Shown here: in pieces, positions 31,377-40,906 of the stretch | How positions within the stretch are numbered: the first letter of the stretch is position 1 | Layout of the letters: each line of letters begins with the position of its first letter | NCBI GenBank assembly: GCA_902553315.1 | Contig: CACDKN010000001.1 | Span: 369,884-433,883 of the forward strand | DNA from: an uncultured SAR86 cluster bacterium | GTDB lineage: Bacteria > Pseudomonadota > Gammaproteobacteria > Magnimaribacterales > AG-339-G14 | DNA: 64,000 nucleotides | Direction: 5' to 3' | Notes under the pieces: generated by a model | The model's database searches: none | The model's input: only the letters and a program-made list of their open reading frames with translations | Told to the model about the DNA's origin: nothing | Translations under genes and position numbers: made by a program

Positions 31377-31973
31377 ATGTTCGTTGTTGGATTAACTGGG
31401 GGAATTGGTTCAGGCAAATCAGCTGCTACATCTATTTTTGAAGATTTAGGAATAGACGTAGTCGATGCTGATTTAGCATCCAGGGAAGCGGTATTACCCG
31501 GCTCAAAATCTCTAAGTGAAATTCAAAAGAAATTCGGAAACGAAATACTCCTTGAAGATAAAAGTTTGAACAGGGCAAAGTTAAGGGAAATAATTTTTGA
31601 CAGCTCTAAAGATAAAGTTTGGTTAGAGCAACTATTACACCCGGAAATAAGAAATATTATTCAATCTAAATTAAAAAAATCTTCTTCAGAGTATGTTATT
31701 TTAGTTTCGCCTTTATTATTTGAGACAGATCAACACGAATTTTGTAATGATACTATCTTGATTGACTCTTCATTAGATTCGCAAATATCTAGAACTTCAA
31801 AAAGAGACTCTGTTTCAAAAGATTCTGTAAAGAAAATAATTTCAGCTCAAATGTCTCGAGAAGATAAATTAAAAATTGCAACGATAGTTATCAAAAATGA
31901 TGATTCTTTAGAGCAACTTGAAACAAATGTTAAAAAAGTACACAAGAATCTTTTAAAAAAAATACATAAATGA
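31377..31973 (+). CDS. coaE: dephospho-CoA kinase
   Basis: GLTGGIGSGKS, DAD, LHP and PLLFE motifs. Confidence 0.95.
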   Translation: MFVVGLTGGIGSGKSAATSIFEDLGIDVVDADLASREAVLPGSKSLSEIQKKFGNEILLEDKSLNRAKLREIIFDSSKDKVWLEQLLHPEIRNIIQSKLKKSSSEYVILVSPLLFETDQHEFCNDTILIDSSLDSQISRTSKRDSVSKDSVKKIISAQMSREDKLKIATIVIKNDDSLEQLETNVKKVHKNLLKKIHK

Positions 31974-32128
31974 AATGTCTTAACTGTAAAAAAGAAATCT
32001 TGAAAAGTGATCAAAGTGACTTTAAACCTTTTTGCTCAGAAAGATGCAGAGCATTAGATTTATCAAATTGGTTAAGTGAAAAAAATGTTATCTCAACAAC
32101 TTTTGACTCTAAAACTAACTACGATTAA
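31970..32128 (+). CDS. yacG: DNA gyrase inhibitor YacG (52 aa)
   Basis: Below the ORF-track cutoff. Manual translation MKCLNCKK...FKPFCSERCRALDLSNW; follows coaE. Confidence 0.9.
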   Translation: MKCLNCKKEILKSDQSDFKPFCSERCRALDLSNWLSEKNVISTTFDSKTNYD

Positions 32129-32667
32129 TCTTTAATTAAAGAAATTCCAGCAACTCCTTGCCCACCGTTTTTAATAGCATCGATTACATTTTCCTTTTTC
32201 ATTCCTCCTAAAGCAAAACTTGGACAAGCACTTAATTCAGATAAATATTTAAAACGACTCCAACCTATACCTTCCTTACCATGGACTTTGTTTATAGGGG
32301 AGATAAGCAAATAATCACAGCCAATTTTTTTTGCTTTCTTTATTTCAAGATCGTTGTGGCAAGATGCTCCAAGTATGAAACTAGTTGAAATTGGTCTTTT
32401 ATCGAATCTCATTAAATCCTTTGAGTTTAGATGTAAATTAAAATTTCTAGATATTTGATCTAAATGTCTGGAGTTAATCGCTATTTCTTTATTTATACTT
32501 TTGGCTATCGAGATGAAATTCCTAAAATGCTTGTTGAATTCTTTTTTATTTTTAAATCTTAGAATCAGTAGATCTAGTTTTGATTCAAAAGAATCTTTGA
32601 TCTTTTTAAAATCCTTATCCTGTATTACTTCTGGAGTGATACCTATTAGATTAACTTCGGTAATCAC
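32125..32667 (-). CDS. thiamine phosphate synthase/TenI-like domain protein
   Basis: LHL, GASCH, DYLLISP, GIGW, FALGG and GVAGI motifs. Confidence 0.8.
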   Translation of the reverse strand: MITEVNLIGITPEVIQDKDFKKIKDSFESKLDLLILRFKNKKEFNKHFRNFISIAKSINKEIAINSRHLDQISRNFNLHLNSKDLMRFDKRPISTSFILGASCHNDLEIKKAKKIGCDYLLISPINKVHGKEGIGWSRFKYLSELSACPSFALGGMKKENVIDAIKNGGQGVAGISLIKD

Positions 32668-33823
32668 TATTTATAGAAACATACTCATGAGTCAAATCAG
32701 ATGATTTTACTTTTGCACAATGCCTAGAAGGCCCTAAGTTAACAGCTAGAGATATTCTTTGTTTTTTGAATTCCTTTTTACCCAAAGCCTCTCTGTATTT
32801 TTTGTGAATCTCTCCTTTGTTAAGAACTTTAATTTGACCGATCTTTATAGATACGTTTTTTGCTAGAAATTTATGTTTTGTATTTCCTGCTGCGGATAGT
32901 ATTCGACCCCAATTAGGGTCTTCTCCATAGGCAGCAGTTTTTAATAAAGGTGAATTTGCTATTTTTTTTGCTACTTCCTTACAAGCAGTTTTCGATTTCA
33001 GTCCTGAGACTTCTATCTCAATTAGTTTTGTAGCTCCTTCCCCATCCAACAATAGTTTTTCAGAAAGTTCTGTAAAAACAACTTCTAAGGATTTCTTAAA
33101 CGTTTGGAGTAATTTTGAAGAGTTTATTAAATTTTTACCCGTTGCAACTAAAATACTCGAATCACTTGGGGATTGATCGCCATCTATTGAAATTGAATTA
33201 AAAGTTTCATTGCAGATGCTTTTATGAATTTTTTTCAAAGAGGATTCGGCAATTTTAAGGTCAGTAAATACAAAGCTTAATGTGGTGGCCATGTTGGGTT
33301 CAATCATACCAACTCCTTTAGCCACACCTAAAATCGAGAATTTTTTGTTACCAATTTTAACAACTTTTTTTGATATTTTAACTTTTTTATCAGTGGTCAT
33401 TATGGACGTAGCCAAGTTATTAAAGTTATTCTTTTTGAGACTTTTTGAACATTCTTCAAAGGCCGAAGTTAATGATTTTATTTTAAGTCTTTCTCCAATA
33501 ACTCCAGTTGAAAAGGGCAGAATATTTTTTATTTCAACTCCTGTCATTGAGGACACACAATTGAGTAATAACTCTAAATCCTTTTCTCCAGCGAGGCCTG
33601 TTCCTGCATTCGCATTACCAGCATTTATAACAAGCAATTTATTTCCATTTAATTTTTTTTTAAATTTTTTTAAACAGTCTTTTACTGGAGCCGACTTAAA
33701 ATTATTAGTGGTAAAAACTCCCGACAAAGTCGATGATTTCGGAATTTTAACCACAGCACAATCCAAGCGTTCTTTATATTTTGAATTTGTGGTGGCACAA
33801 CCAATTTCTATTTCATCTAACAT
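32651..33823 (-). CDS. argJ: ornithine acetyltransferase ArgJ
   Basis: GVFTTN, NAGNANAGTG, STGVIG, KGVGMIEPNMATTL, DGEGATK and DPNWGR motifs. Confidence 0.93.
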   Translation of the reverse strand: MLDEIEIGCATTNSKYKERLDCAVVKIPKSSTLSGVFTTNNFKSAPVKDCLKKFKKKLNGNKLLVINAGNANAGTGLAGEKDLELLLNCVSSMTGVEIKNILPFSTGVIGERLKIKSLTSAFEECSKSLKKNNFNNLATSIMTTDKKVKISKKVVKIGNKKFSILGVAKGVGMIEPNMATTLSFVFTDLKIAESSLKKIHKSICNETFNSISIDGDQSPSDSSILVATGKNLINSSKLLQTFKKSLEVVFTELSEKLLLDGEGATKLIEIEVSGLKSKTACKEVAKKIANSPLLKTAAYGEDPNWGRILSAAGNTKHKFLAKNVSIKIGQIKVLNKGEIHKKYREALGKKEFKKQRISLAVNLGPSRHCAKVKSSDLTHEYVSINSDYRS

Positions 33824-33824
33824 A

Positions 33825-36440
33825 TCATTTCCTTTTTCTATTAGCTTTGGCTTTCATCCGTCTTTGTCTTCTATTGCCTTCGCTTCTTAGATTGTTGTGA
33901 TTGATGTTAGGTTCTAATTTATTTTCTAATAATGAATCAAAAGAAGCTTTTTTTGATTTTGTTTTATTGATCAAGTCTTCACTTCTTTCATTATCTTCTG
34001 AACTATTTTCAGAGACCTCAACTTTAGTTAAAAATCTAACCGATTCAGATTTAATGCTTTCTAAAAGCTTTTCGAACATTTCAAAAGCTTCTCTTTTATA
34101 CTCTAGCCTGGGATCTTTACCTGCATAACTTCTAAACCCAATGTTTTGTCTAAGACTATCTAGACTATTTATATGATTCTTCCAGGTTTGATCTATAACT
34201 TGCAGCACTATTTGTTTTTCAATCTGATTAAAGATGTCTCGCTTATCGTTTCTTTTGGATGAATATTTTTCGGATACAACATCTAAAATTTCTTTTTTAG
34301 ATTCGGTAAAGTCAGTATTATTTTTTTCAAAGATATTTATAAAATTTATTTCGACACCGTATTCACTTTTACAAAGATTATTGAGCTCTTCACTTTTCCA
34401 TTCAGACTCCAAACCAGATTCAGGAACTAACTGATCAAATTGAAAAGACAAGACGTCTTCTATCATCGAATCAATTAGATCGTTGATCTCTAAACTGTTT
34501 AGAATTTCATCGCGCTGTGAATATATTATTTTTCTTTGTTCGTTAAGGACATCGTCGAACTCTAAAATTCTTTTTCTGATATCGAAGTTTCTTCCTTCAA
34601 CACGCCTCTGAGCTCTTTCAATAGCGTTCGTAAGCATCCTGTGTTCTATGGCTTCTCCTTTTTCCATTCCTCCCATCGAAGTCATTAGATTTTTAATTCT
34701 TTCTGGGGCAAAAATTTTCATCAAAGGATCTTCTAAAGAAACAAAAAATCTCGAAGACCCCGGATCGCCTTGCCGACCACTTCTTCCTCTTAATTGATTA
34801 TCTATTCTTCTAGATTCGTGTCTTTCTGTTCCAATGACATGTAGTCCTCCTAATTCTATTATTTTTTCCCTTTCTTCATCAGAAGAATCTAGACCTCCTA
34901 AAACAATGTCAGTTCCTCTTCCAGCCATATTTGTTGCGATGGTAACCGCTCCTAATTTACCTGCTTCAGAGATAATTTGAGCCTCACTTTGATTTTGCTT
35001 TGCATTTAACACGTTATGATGAATACCTATGGCTTTTAACTTCTGTGAAATAATTTCAGATGCTTCAATTGAAATAGTACCTATCAAAATAGGTCTTTGT
35101 TTTGAATGAAAAGTAGATATTTCATCAACAACTGCATCAAATTTTTCTTCTATCGATAAGTAAATTTTATCCTCCATATCGTTTCTAATCATTGGCATAT
35201 TCGTTGGAATAGAAATTGAAGATAGTCCATAGATTTCCTCAAATTCTGCGGCTTCAGTTTTAGCTGTTCCAGTCATTCCAGAAATTTTCTTAAATAATCT
35301 AAAGAAATTTTGAAAAGTGATTGAGGCAAGTGTTTGGCTTTCTTGTTGAATTGAGAGATTTTCTTTCATTTCCAAGGCTTGATGAACTCCACCTGATAAT
35401 CGCCTTCCTGGCATAGGTCTCCCCGAATTTGTATCGATTAAGATAATTTTATTATTTTGTAAAATATAATCTGTATTTTTATGAAAAAGTAAATTTGCTC
35501 TTAAAATACAATTCACCATGTCGAGCAACTTCAAATTCTTATTGGAGTATAGATTTTCATTTGAAGCGATAAGGCTTAATTCTCTCAGCTTTTCTTCAAC
35601 CTTTTCATGACCTTGGTTAGTAAGTTCTATAGAGTTAGATTGCAAATCGATTATGTAATCACCTTCTTGTGAGGTTTCATTTGTATCCAAATCTACAATT
35701 TCTTCACTAAGAAATTTTGGAATATTTTTTAATTTAATATAAAGATCAGCATTATCTTCTGCTAAACCGCTGATTATTAATGGAGTCCTAGCCTCGTCTA
35801 TTAAAATAGAATCAACCTCATCGATAACAGCAAAGTTTAATTCTCTCAAGGTTTTGTCTTCTTTTTTGATAAGCATGTTATCGCGAAGATAGTCGAATCC
35901 TATTTCGTTATTTGTAACGTAAACTACATCCTTTTCGTAAATAGCCTTTCTTTCGGCTAGACTCAAACCGGAGGAAATAAATCCGACTGACATACCAAGA
36001 CCCTCAAAAATTGGCTCCATCCATTTAGAATCTCTTTCAGCAAGATATTCATTTGCAGTAATTACCAATACACTTTTTTTCGTAAGAGCATTCAGATAAC
36101 AGGGAAGGGTAGCAGCAAGAGTTTTTCCTTCCCCTGTAGCCATTTCTGCAATACTGCCGTTGTGTAAAATTATTCCACCCAAAATCTGACAGTCAAAATG
36201 CCTTAAACCTATATTTCTTTTGCTAGATTCTCTAACAGCTGCAAAAGCTTCTGGTATTAACGCTTCTAGGTCTTTTTCTTGTGAGTAAAAATTAATTAAA
36301 TCTTCTGATTTTTGCTTTAATTCTTCATTTGAAAAATTTGAAAATTCTTCTTCAAGTGAATTTATTTTAGTTAAATAACTATTAGCTTTTTTTAAGCTTT
36401 TAGTATCTTTGTTTCCAAAAATTTTACTTAAAAAAGACAT
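33825..36440 (-). CDS. secA: protein translocase ATPase SecA
   Basis: MATGEGKT, DEVDSILIDEARTPLIISG, ATNMAGRGTDI and RRIDNQLRGRSGRQGDPG motifs. Confidence 0.97.
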   Translation of the reverse strand: MSFLSKIFGNKDTKSLKKANSYLTKINSLEEEFSNFSNEELKQKSEDLINFYSQEKDLEALIPEAFAAVRESSKRNIGLRHFDCQILGGIILHNGSIAEMATGEGKTLAATLPCYLNALTKKSVLVITANEYLAERDSKWMEPIFEGLGMSVGFISSGLSLAERKAIYEKDVVYVTNNEIGFDYLRDNMLIKKEDKTLRELNFAVIDEVDSILIDEARTPLIISGLAEDNADLYIKLKNIPKFLSEEIVDLDTNETSQEGDYIIDLQSNSIELTNQGHEKVEEKLRELSLIASNENLYSNKNLKLLDMVNCILRANLLFHKNTDYILQNNKIILIDTNSGRPMPGRRLSGGVHQALEMKENLSIQQESQTLASITFQNFFRLFKKISGMTGTAKTEAAEFEEIYGLSSISIPTNMPMIRNDMEDKIYLSIEEKFDAVVDEISTFHSKQRPILIGTISIEASEIISQKLKAIGIHHNVLNAKQNQSEAQIISEAGKLGAVTIATNMAGRGTDIVLGGLDSSDEEREKIIELGGLHVIGTERHESRRIDNQLRGRSGRQGDPGSSRFFVSLEDPLMKIFAPERIKNLMTSMGGMEKGEAIEHRMLTNAIERAQRRVEGRNFDIRKRILEFDDVLNEQRKIIYSQRDEILNSLEINDLIDSMIEDVLSFQFDQLVPESGLESEWKSEELNNLCKSEYGVEINFINIFEKNNTDFTESKKEILDVVSEKYSSKRNDKRDIFNQIEKQIVLQVIDQTWKNHINSLDSLRQNIGFRSYAGKDPRLEYKREAFEMFEKLLESIKSESVRFLTKVEVSENSSEDNERSEDLINKTKSKKASFDSLLENKLEPNINHNNLRSEGNRRQRRMKAKANRKRK

Positions 36441-36449
36441 TGTTAAAAA

Positions 36450-37370
36450 TCAACCAGAACTAGGATCTATGATTGGTTCAATATATTTTATTTCAGGCGC
36501 ATCACCGTCAGATGAAATCAATTCCCAGGCTTCAGGCGATTCTTGTAATTTTTTCAGGAGCAAATTATTTTGCGTGTGACCAGATTTATAACCTTCAAAC
36601 TCTCCAATTATGTTGTATTGAAGTAAATATAAATCTCCAACAACATCTAATATTTTGTGTTGAACAAATTCATCTTTAGACCTCAGTCCTTCATCGTTTA
36701 GAATTCCATCCTCTCCAATAGCTATGGCATTTCTTTCACTCGCTCCTAGAGCAAGATTTTTTTCTTTGAGCACATTTAGTTCTTCCATAAAGCCAAAAGT
36801 TCTTGCTCTAGAGATTTCTTTTAAATAAGTTGTGGAATTAAAATCAATACTTTTTTTCCTAGAATATTGTTTATGCTTTTTGTCGTCATAAACTAAAGAA
36901 TATGTAACCTTGAATCCATCGTATGGAGATAATTTAACAAAGGCGCCATTATCCGTTTCAACCGAGATTTCTTTTTTTATTTTGATAAATTTTTTTGGCT
37001 TAGTTTGTTCTTTAATTCCAGCAGACTGTATGAGGAAGACAAAAGAACTTGAACTCCCATCCATTATTGGTACTTCTACATCATTTATTTCAATGATCGC
37101 ATTGTCTATTCCCAAGCCTGCAAATGCAGAAAGCATATGCTCAATTGTCGATATTTGAACTTCTCCCTCCATTAGAGTGGTAGCAAGAGTTGTAGCTCCG
37201 ACATTATTGACAATTGCTTTAATCTCAACAGAAGGATTCAAATCAACTCTTCTAAAAATGATTCCAGTGTCTTCTTCTGCAGGCAGGAGTTTGATAGAAA
37301 TTCTTCTTCCAGAATGCAGCCCAACGCCGACGGCGTTTATTGAATTAGTCAGTGTTCTTTGAACTAGCAT
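36450..37370 (-). CDS. lpxC: UDP-3-O-acyl-GlcNAc deacetylase
   Basis: QRTL, GVGLHSG, TIEH, PIMDGS, ARTFGF and HKILDVVGDL motifs. Confidence 0.96.
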   Translation of the reverse strand: MLVQRTLTNSINAVGVGLHSGRRISIKLLPAEEDTGIIFRRVDLNPSVEIKAIVNNVGATTLATTLMEGEVQISTIEHMLSAFAGLGIDNAIIEINDVEVPIMDGSSSSFVFLIQSAGIKEQTKPKKFIKIKKEISVETDNGAFVKLSPYDGFKVTYSLVYDDKKHKQYSRKKSIDFNSTTYLKEISRARTFGFMEELNVLKEKNLALGASERNAIAIGEDGILNDEGLRSKDEFVQHKILDVVGDLYLLQYNIIGEFEGYKSGHTQNNLLLKKLQESPEAWELISSDGDAPEIKYIEPIIDPSSG

Positions 37371-38081
37371 TTACAATTCCCTCTGTCGAAAGACTTCAAA
37401 TAGAATAACAGAAGAAGCATTGGAAACGTTAAGACTTTCTAATTTAGCATTCATAGGAATTTTTATCTTTTCCGATGCCAATTCTTCCAAAGCTTTTGAA
37501 ACTCCATCATTTTCTGATCCAAATACTAGGGCCAAGCTTTGAACAAAATTAGCTTCATAGAAATTCTTTTTACTTTCGCTTGAACAAGTAAATATATTTA
37601 CATTATTCTGAACAAGAAATTTAGTAACCTTTGTAAGGTTAGATACGATAATTAAAGGAATCACTTCTGTGGCCCCCTTTGAAACCTCTCTGACAGTTTT
37701 GGTGAGATGACAGGAATTTTTATTAGGAACAATAATTGCATCCACATTCATCCCAAGAGAAGTTCTAAAAATAGAACCCAAATTTTGTGGATCTTGAATT
37801 CTGTCTAATATTAGAAAAAATAAATTTTTTTTGTTGAAGGTTAAATCTTCAAGAAAGTTTATATTCTTAATTTCTTTAGGATAAAAAGTCATTGATATTT
37901 TTAGATCTTTTTTATTCGATTTAGACACACAAACACCTTTTGCTTTGGCTGTATTCACAATAGAAGTTATTCTTTCAATTCCATCTTTATATTCAATCTC
38001 AACGATTTTTTCATGATTTAATTCAATTAAAGTCTTGATGAAATTTATATCAGTTGAAGTAATGATTCTTTCTTTTAGCAT
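37371..38081 (-). CDS. rlmB: 23S rRNA Gm2251 methyltransferase (SpoU family)
   Basis: LDRIQDPQNLGSIFR, FGSENDG and ESLNVS motifs; directly follows rnr. Confidence 0.85.
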   Translation of the reverse strand: MLKERIITSTDINFIKTLIELNHEKIVEIEYKDGIERITSIVNTAKAKGVCVSKSNKKDLKISMTFYPKEIKNINFLEDLTFNKKNLFFLILDRIQDPQNLGSIFRTSLGMNVDAIIVPNKNSCHLTKTVREVSKGATEVIPLIIVSNLTKVTKFLVQNNVNIFTCSSESKKNFYEANFVQSLALVFGSENDGVSKALEELASEKIKIPMNAKLESLNVSNASSVILFEVFRQREL

Positions 38082-39634
38082 TTCTTTAAATCTATCCGTT
38101 TTCTAAAAATATCCACTGAAGTAATTTTTACTTTTATAGAATCCCCAACGAAATAATTTTCTTTCTTTCCTTTAAGAGCTTGGATTGTCTCATCTAATTT
38201 ATATCTAATTCTTTTACCGCCTTTAAAAGAATTTATGTGGCAAAATCCATCAATATTGAGTTTGTGAATTTTTACAAAGAATCCAAAATCAAAAACTGAA
38301 ACAATTGTGCCGTCAAATTCCTCTCCGATATAATTTTCAGCACATTTACACTTAAGAAACTTTTCTGCTTCCTTAGTTATTTTTTCTGTTTTTCTCTCCT
38401 TGTCTGAAATAAGCTCAGAAATTTCAGCTACCTCATTTTTATCATAAAAAAAACTTGAGCCATTATTTTTATTTTGTCCTCGAAGATATCCCTTGATGCC
38501 ACGATGCACAACTAAATCAGCATATCTCCTTATTGGAGAGGTAAAGTGACAGTATTTATCAAGAGCCAATGCAAAATGATCACTGTTAGCAGAGTCATAC
38601 TTTGCGAGTTTCATGCTTCTCAAAATTTGAATATTAATTATTTCTTCAAATCTTGTTTTTTTTGATTCTTCGAGCCAACTAAGAATTGCATTTCTAAAGT
38701 TACTAGTTTTCATGTTTTTCTTAAAACCTCTACTTGTAAGAAATTCTTTTAAGTTTGTGATCTTAGAAAGATCAGGTTTTTCATGAAATCTAAAAATTGT
38801 AGGAATTTTTCTTTTAAGCAAAAAATTAGCGGCACAAATATTTGCGAGGATCATACATTCTTCTACAACACCATGATATTCATTCCTTTTTAATTTAGAG
38901 AATTTTAAAATTCGATTGGATTTATTTGAGATCGGTTTAGTTTCAGAAAGATTAAATTCAATACTATTTCTTTGCTGTCTTTTTTGCTTTAACGCTCGAT
39001 ATATTTTTTCTAAATTATTTAAACTGGTATTAATTTTTTTATCTAACTTATTTTTTGATTTTGAAAAAAGAGGGCCGAGACTTTCATAAGTGAGACGGGC
39101 TTTTGACTCTATAACTGATTCACAAAAATCGTAATTCTTTATTTCTGCATCTCTGGTGAGGTCAATGACACAAGATATCGTATATTTTTTCTCATTCGGA
39201 TTAAGAGAACACTTACCGTTTGATAACAATTCAGGCAACATAGGGATCACTTTATTTCTAAAGTATATTGAAGTGCCTCTATTCAAAGCTTCAATATCTA
39301 AAGCAGAATTCTTTTTTACATATTCAGACACGTCCGCAATAGAGACAAATAGCTTAAAACCAGAAGTGGTTTCCTCTGCGTAAAGAGCATCATCAAAATC
39401 TTTCGCACTTTTACCATCTATTGTTACGAAAGATTTATTTGTTAAATCAACTCTGGAAACAGAGGAATCTGTCGCCTCTTCTTTTTTGATCTTATTGATT
39501 TCTCTAATTGTTGATTTGGGCCAAGTCTCTGAAATGTCAGACCTCTCTAAGGCTAGCTCAGTAGAGAATTCAAAAGGATTATTGAATTCATAGCTTATAA
39601 ATGAATTTTTTTTTACATTTTTTTTCTTAGCCAT
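38075..39634 (-). CDS. rnr: ribonuclease R family exoribonuclease (N-terminally reduced)
   Basis: TIDGKSAKDFDDA, EECMILAN, HFTSPIRRYADL and C-terminal S1. Start moved to ATG 39634 to avoid overlap with the rraA-like gene. Confidence 0.88.
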   Translation of the reverse strand: MAKKKNVKKNSFISYEFNNPFEFSTELALERSDISETWPKSTIREINKIKKEEATDSSVSRVDLTNKSFVTIDGKSAKDFDDALYAEETTSGFKLFVSIADVSEYVKKNSALDIEALNRGTSIYFRNKVIPMLPELLSNGKCSLNPNEKKYTISCVIDLTRDAEIKNYDFCESVIESKARLTYESLGPLFSKSKNKLDKKINTSLNNLEKIYRALKQKRQQRNSIEFNLSETKPISNKSNRILKFSKLKRNEYHGVVEECMILANICAANFLLKRKIPTIFRFHEKPDLSKITNLKEFLTSRGFKKNMKTSNFRNAILSWLEESKKTRFEEIINIQILRSMKLAKYDSANSDHFALALDKYCHFTSPIRRYADLVVHRGIKGYLRGQNKNNGSSFFYDKNEVAEISELISDKERKTEKITKEAEKFLKCKCAENYIGEEFDGTIVSVFDFGFFVKIHKLNIDGFCHINSFKGGKRIRYKLDETIQALKGKKENYFVGDSIKVKITSVDIFRKRIDLKKC

Positions 39635-39641
39635 CTTATGC

Positions 39642-39649
39642 ATTATAAT
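39642..39649. promoter_or_regulatory. palindromic bidirectional -10 element (ATTATAAT)
   Basis: TATAAT on both strands, each 7 nt from the ATG of a divergent gene. Confidence 0.6.
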
Positions 39650-39656
39650 TCGTAAA

Positions 39657-40145
39657 ATGACTAAAAGATTTAGTACTCCAGATATTAGTGATAAATATTC
39701 ACATTCACTTGCTATCAATATTCAATTTCGTAGTTTTGGAAAAAAAGAATATTTTTGTGGGCAAGTAAAAACTGCGCAATGTCCAGAAGACAATAGCAAG
39801 CTAAAGGAAATATTGAGTCAAGATGGTTCAGGACAAGTCCTAGTGGTAGACGGTAATGGAAGTTCCAAAGTAGCTCTTTTAGGCGACATGATTGCAAAGC
39901 AGGCGATTGAGAATTCTTGGGAGGGAGTAATAATTAATGGTTGTGTTCGCGATGTAGAAATTTTAAAGACACTTTCGCTTGGCATTTTTGCTATTGGTTC
40001 TTGTCCGGTGAGAAGCAACAAAGAAAACAGAGGCGCCCTGGGGCACCCAATTGAAATAGGAGGTGTTTTAGTTAATGAAGGTTCTTGGATATTTGCTGAT
40101 GAAAGTGGTGTGCTCGTTTCTAAAACTAAATTGGAGGATTCTTGA
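39657..40145 (+). CDS. rraA: RraA family protein (regulator of RNase E / HMG aldolase-like)
   Basis: TPDISD, EDNS, VLVVDG, ALLGD, GCVRD and ADESG motifs. Confidence 0.88.
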   Translation: MTKRFSTPDISDKYSHSLAINIQFRSFGKKEYFCGQVKTAQCPEDNSKLKEILSQDGSGQVLVVDGNGSSKVALLGDMIAKQAIENSWEGVIINGCVRDVEILKTLSLGIFAIGSCPVRSNKENRGALGHPIEIGGVLVNEGSWIFADESGVLVSKTKLEDS

Positions 40146-40507
40146 AAATTTCCTTTTATTGGATACTTTTAACATTAGGTTTTTATTTTGTAATTTCAAT
40201 TTTTCAAATTACCGCTGTCACAGATTCTTTATTATTCATTTTTAATATCAATAATACTTTTCTCGAAGGGTTAACTTTCATAGTTTCAATTTTTTTAACT
40301 TTTACTCCATTAGTTGGACCTGTGTTAGGAATACTCGGAGCAACTTTGGTATGGGATTGGAATATACTTTTTGCAGTTCTTTTATTTTTTTGGCCTTATT
40401 TTTTTCTGTTTTTAGGAATGTTTTTTTCTCCTGCGAAGAAAACTGAAAAAAAGAAAAATGAGGAGCAGATAGTCGATGCAGAAATCATTGATGAAGAAAA
40501 ATTTTAA
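40142..40507 (+). CDS. hypothetical membrane protein
   Basis: Hydrophobic segments plus a charged tail; TTG start overlaps the rraA stop. Confidence 0.65.
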   Translation: MKISFYWILLTLGFYFVISIFQITAVTDSLLFIFNINNTFLEGLTFIVSIFLTFTPLVGPVLGILGATLVWDWNILFAVLLFFWPYFFLFLGMFFSPAKKTEKKKNEEQIVDAEIIDEEKF

Positions 40508-40514
40508 AAGAAAT

Positions 40515-40898
40515 CTATTTTAATTCTTTACCCATGTATTTATGAATTATTTCTACCGCTTTTAATGGTCTAATCATGACTTTAAACTCTGTTATCTTTC
40601 CGTCTTCGTTCCAAGAAATAATATCTATGCCATTGATATTTATTTCGTTAAGAACTAGTTCAAACTCTAAGCAAGCCAACCCTGCGGTGATCAGCTCTTT
40701 TGTGTAATTAAAGCTATCGTCTGCAAAAACAATAGCTGCAGCACTTAAATATTTCTTTGTTGCTTCTTTACCATTTTGTGGTGAAAAAACTACTGGTGAA
40801 TAAAAAATGCAATCTTCATCTAAGATTTCATCTAACTTAGAAAGTTCTCCATTTTCAACTACTTTGTGCCAGGTTTTAATTGGATTGATCTTATTCAT
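40515..40898 (-). CDS. NTF2-like/SnoaL-like protein
   Basis: FYSPVVFSP.GK, LEF, NGIDII and FKVMIRP motifs. Confidence 0.85.
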   Translation of the reverse strand: MNKINPIKTWHKVVENGELSKLDEILDEDCIFYSPVVFSPQNGKEATKKYLSAAAIVFADDSFNYTKELITAGLACLEFELVLNEININGIDIISWNEDGKITEFKVMIRPLKAVEIIHKYMGKELK

Positions 40899-40906
40899 TA
40901 TCCCTT

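Noticed and set aside
33282-33890. 202-aa plus-strand ORF and the other short antisense ORFs in the track
   Set aside because: Antisense or frame shadows of conserved genes (argJ, rpoB/C, tuf, hsd etc.) with no motifs of their own.
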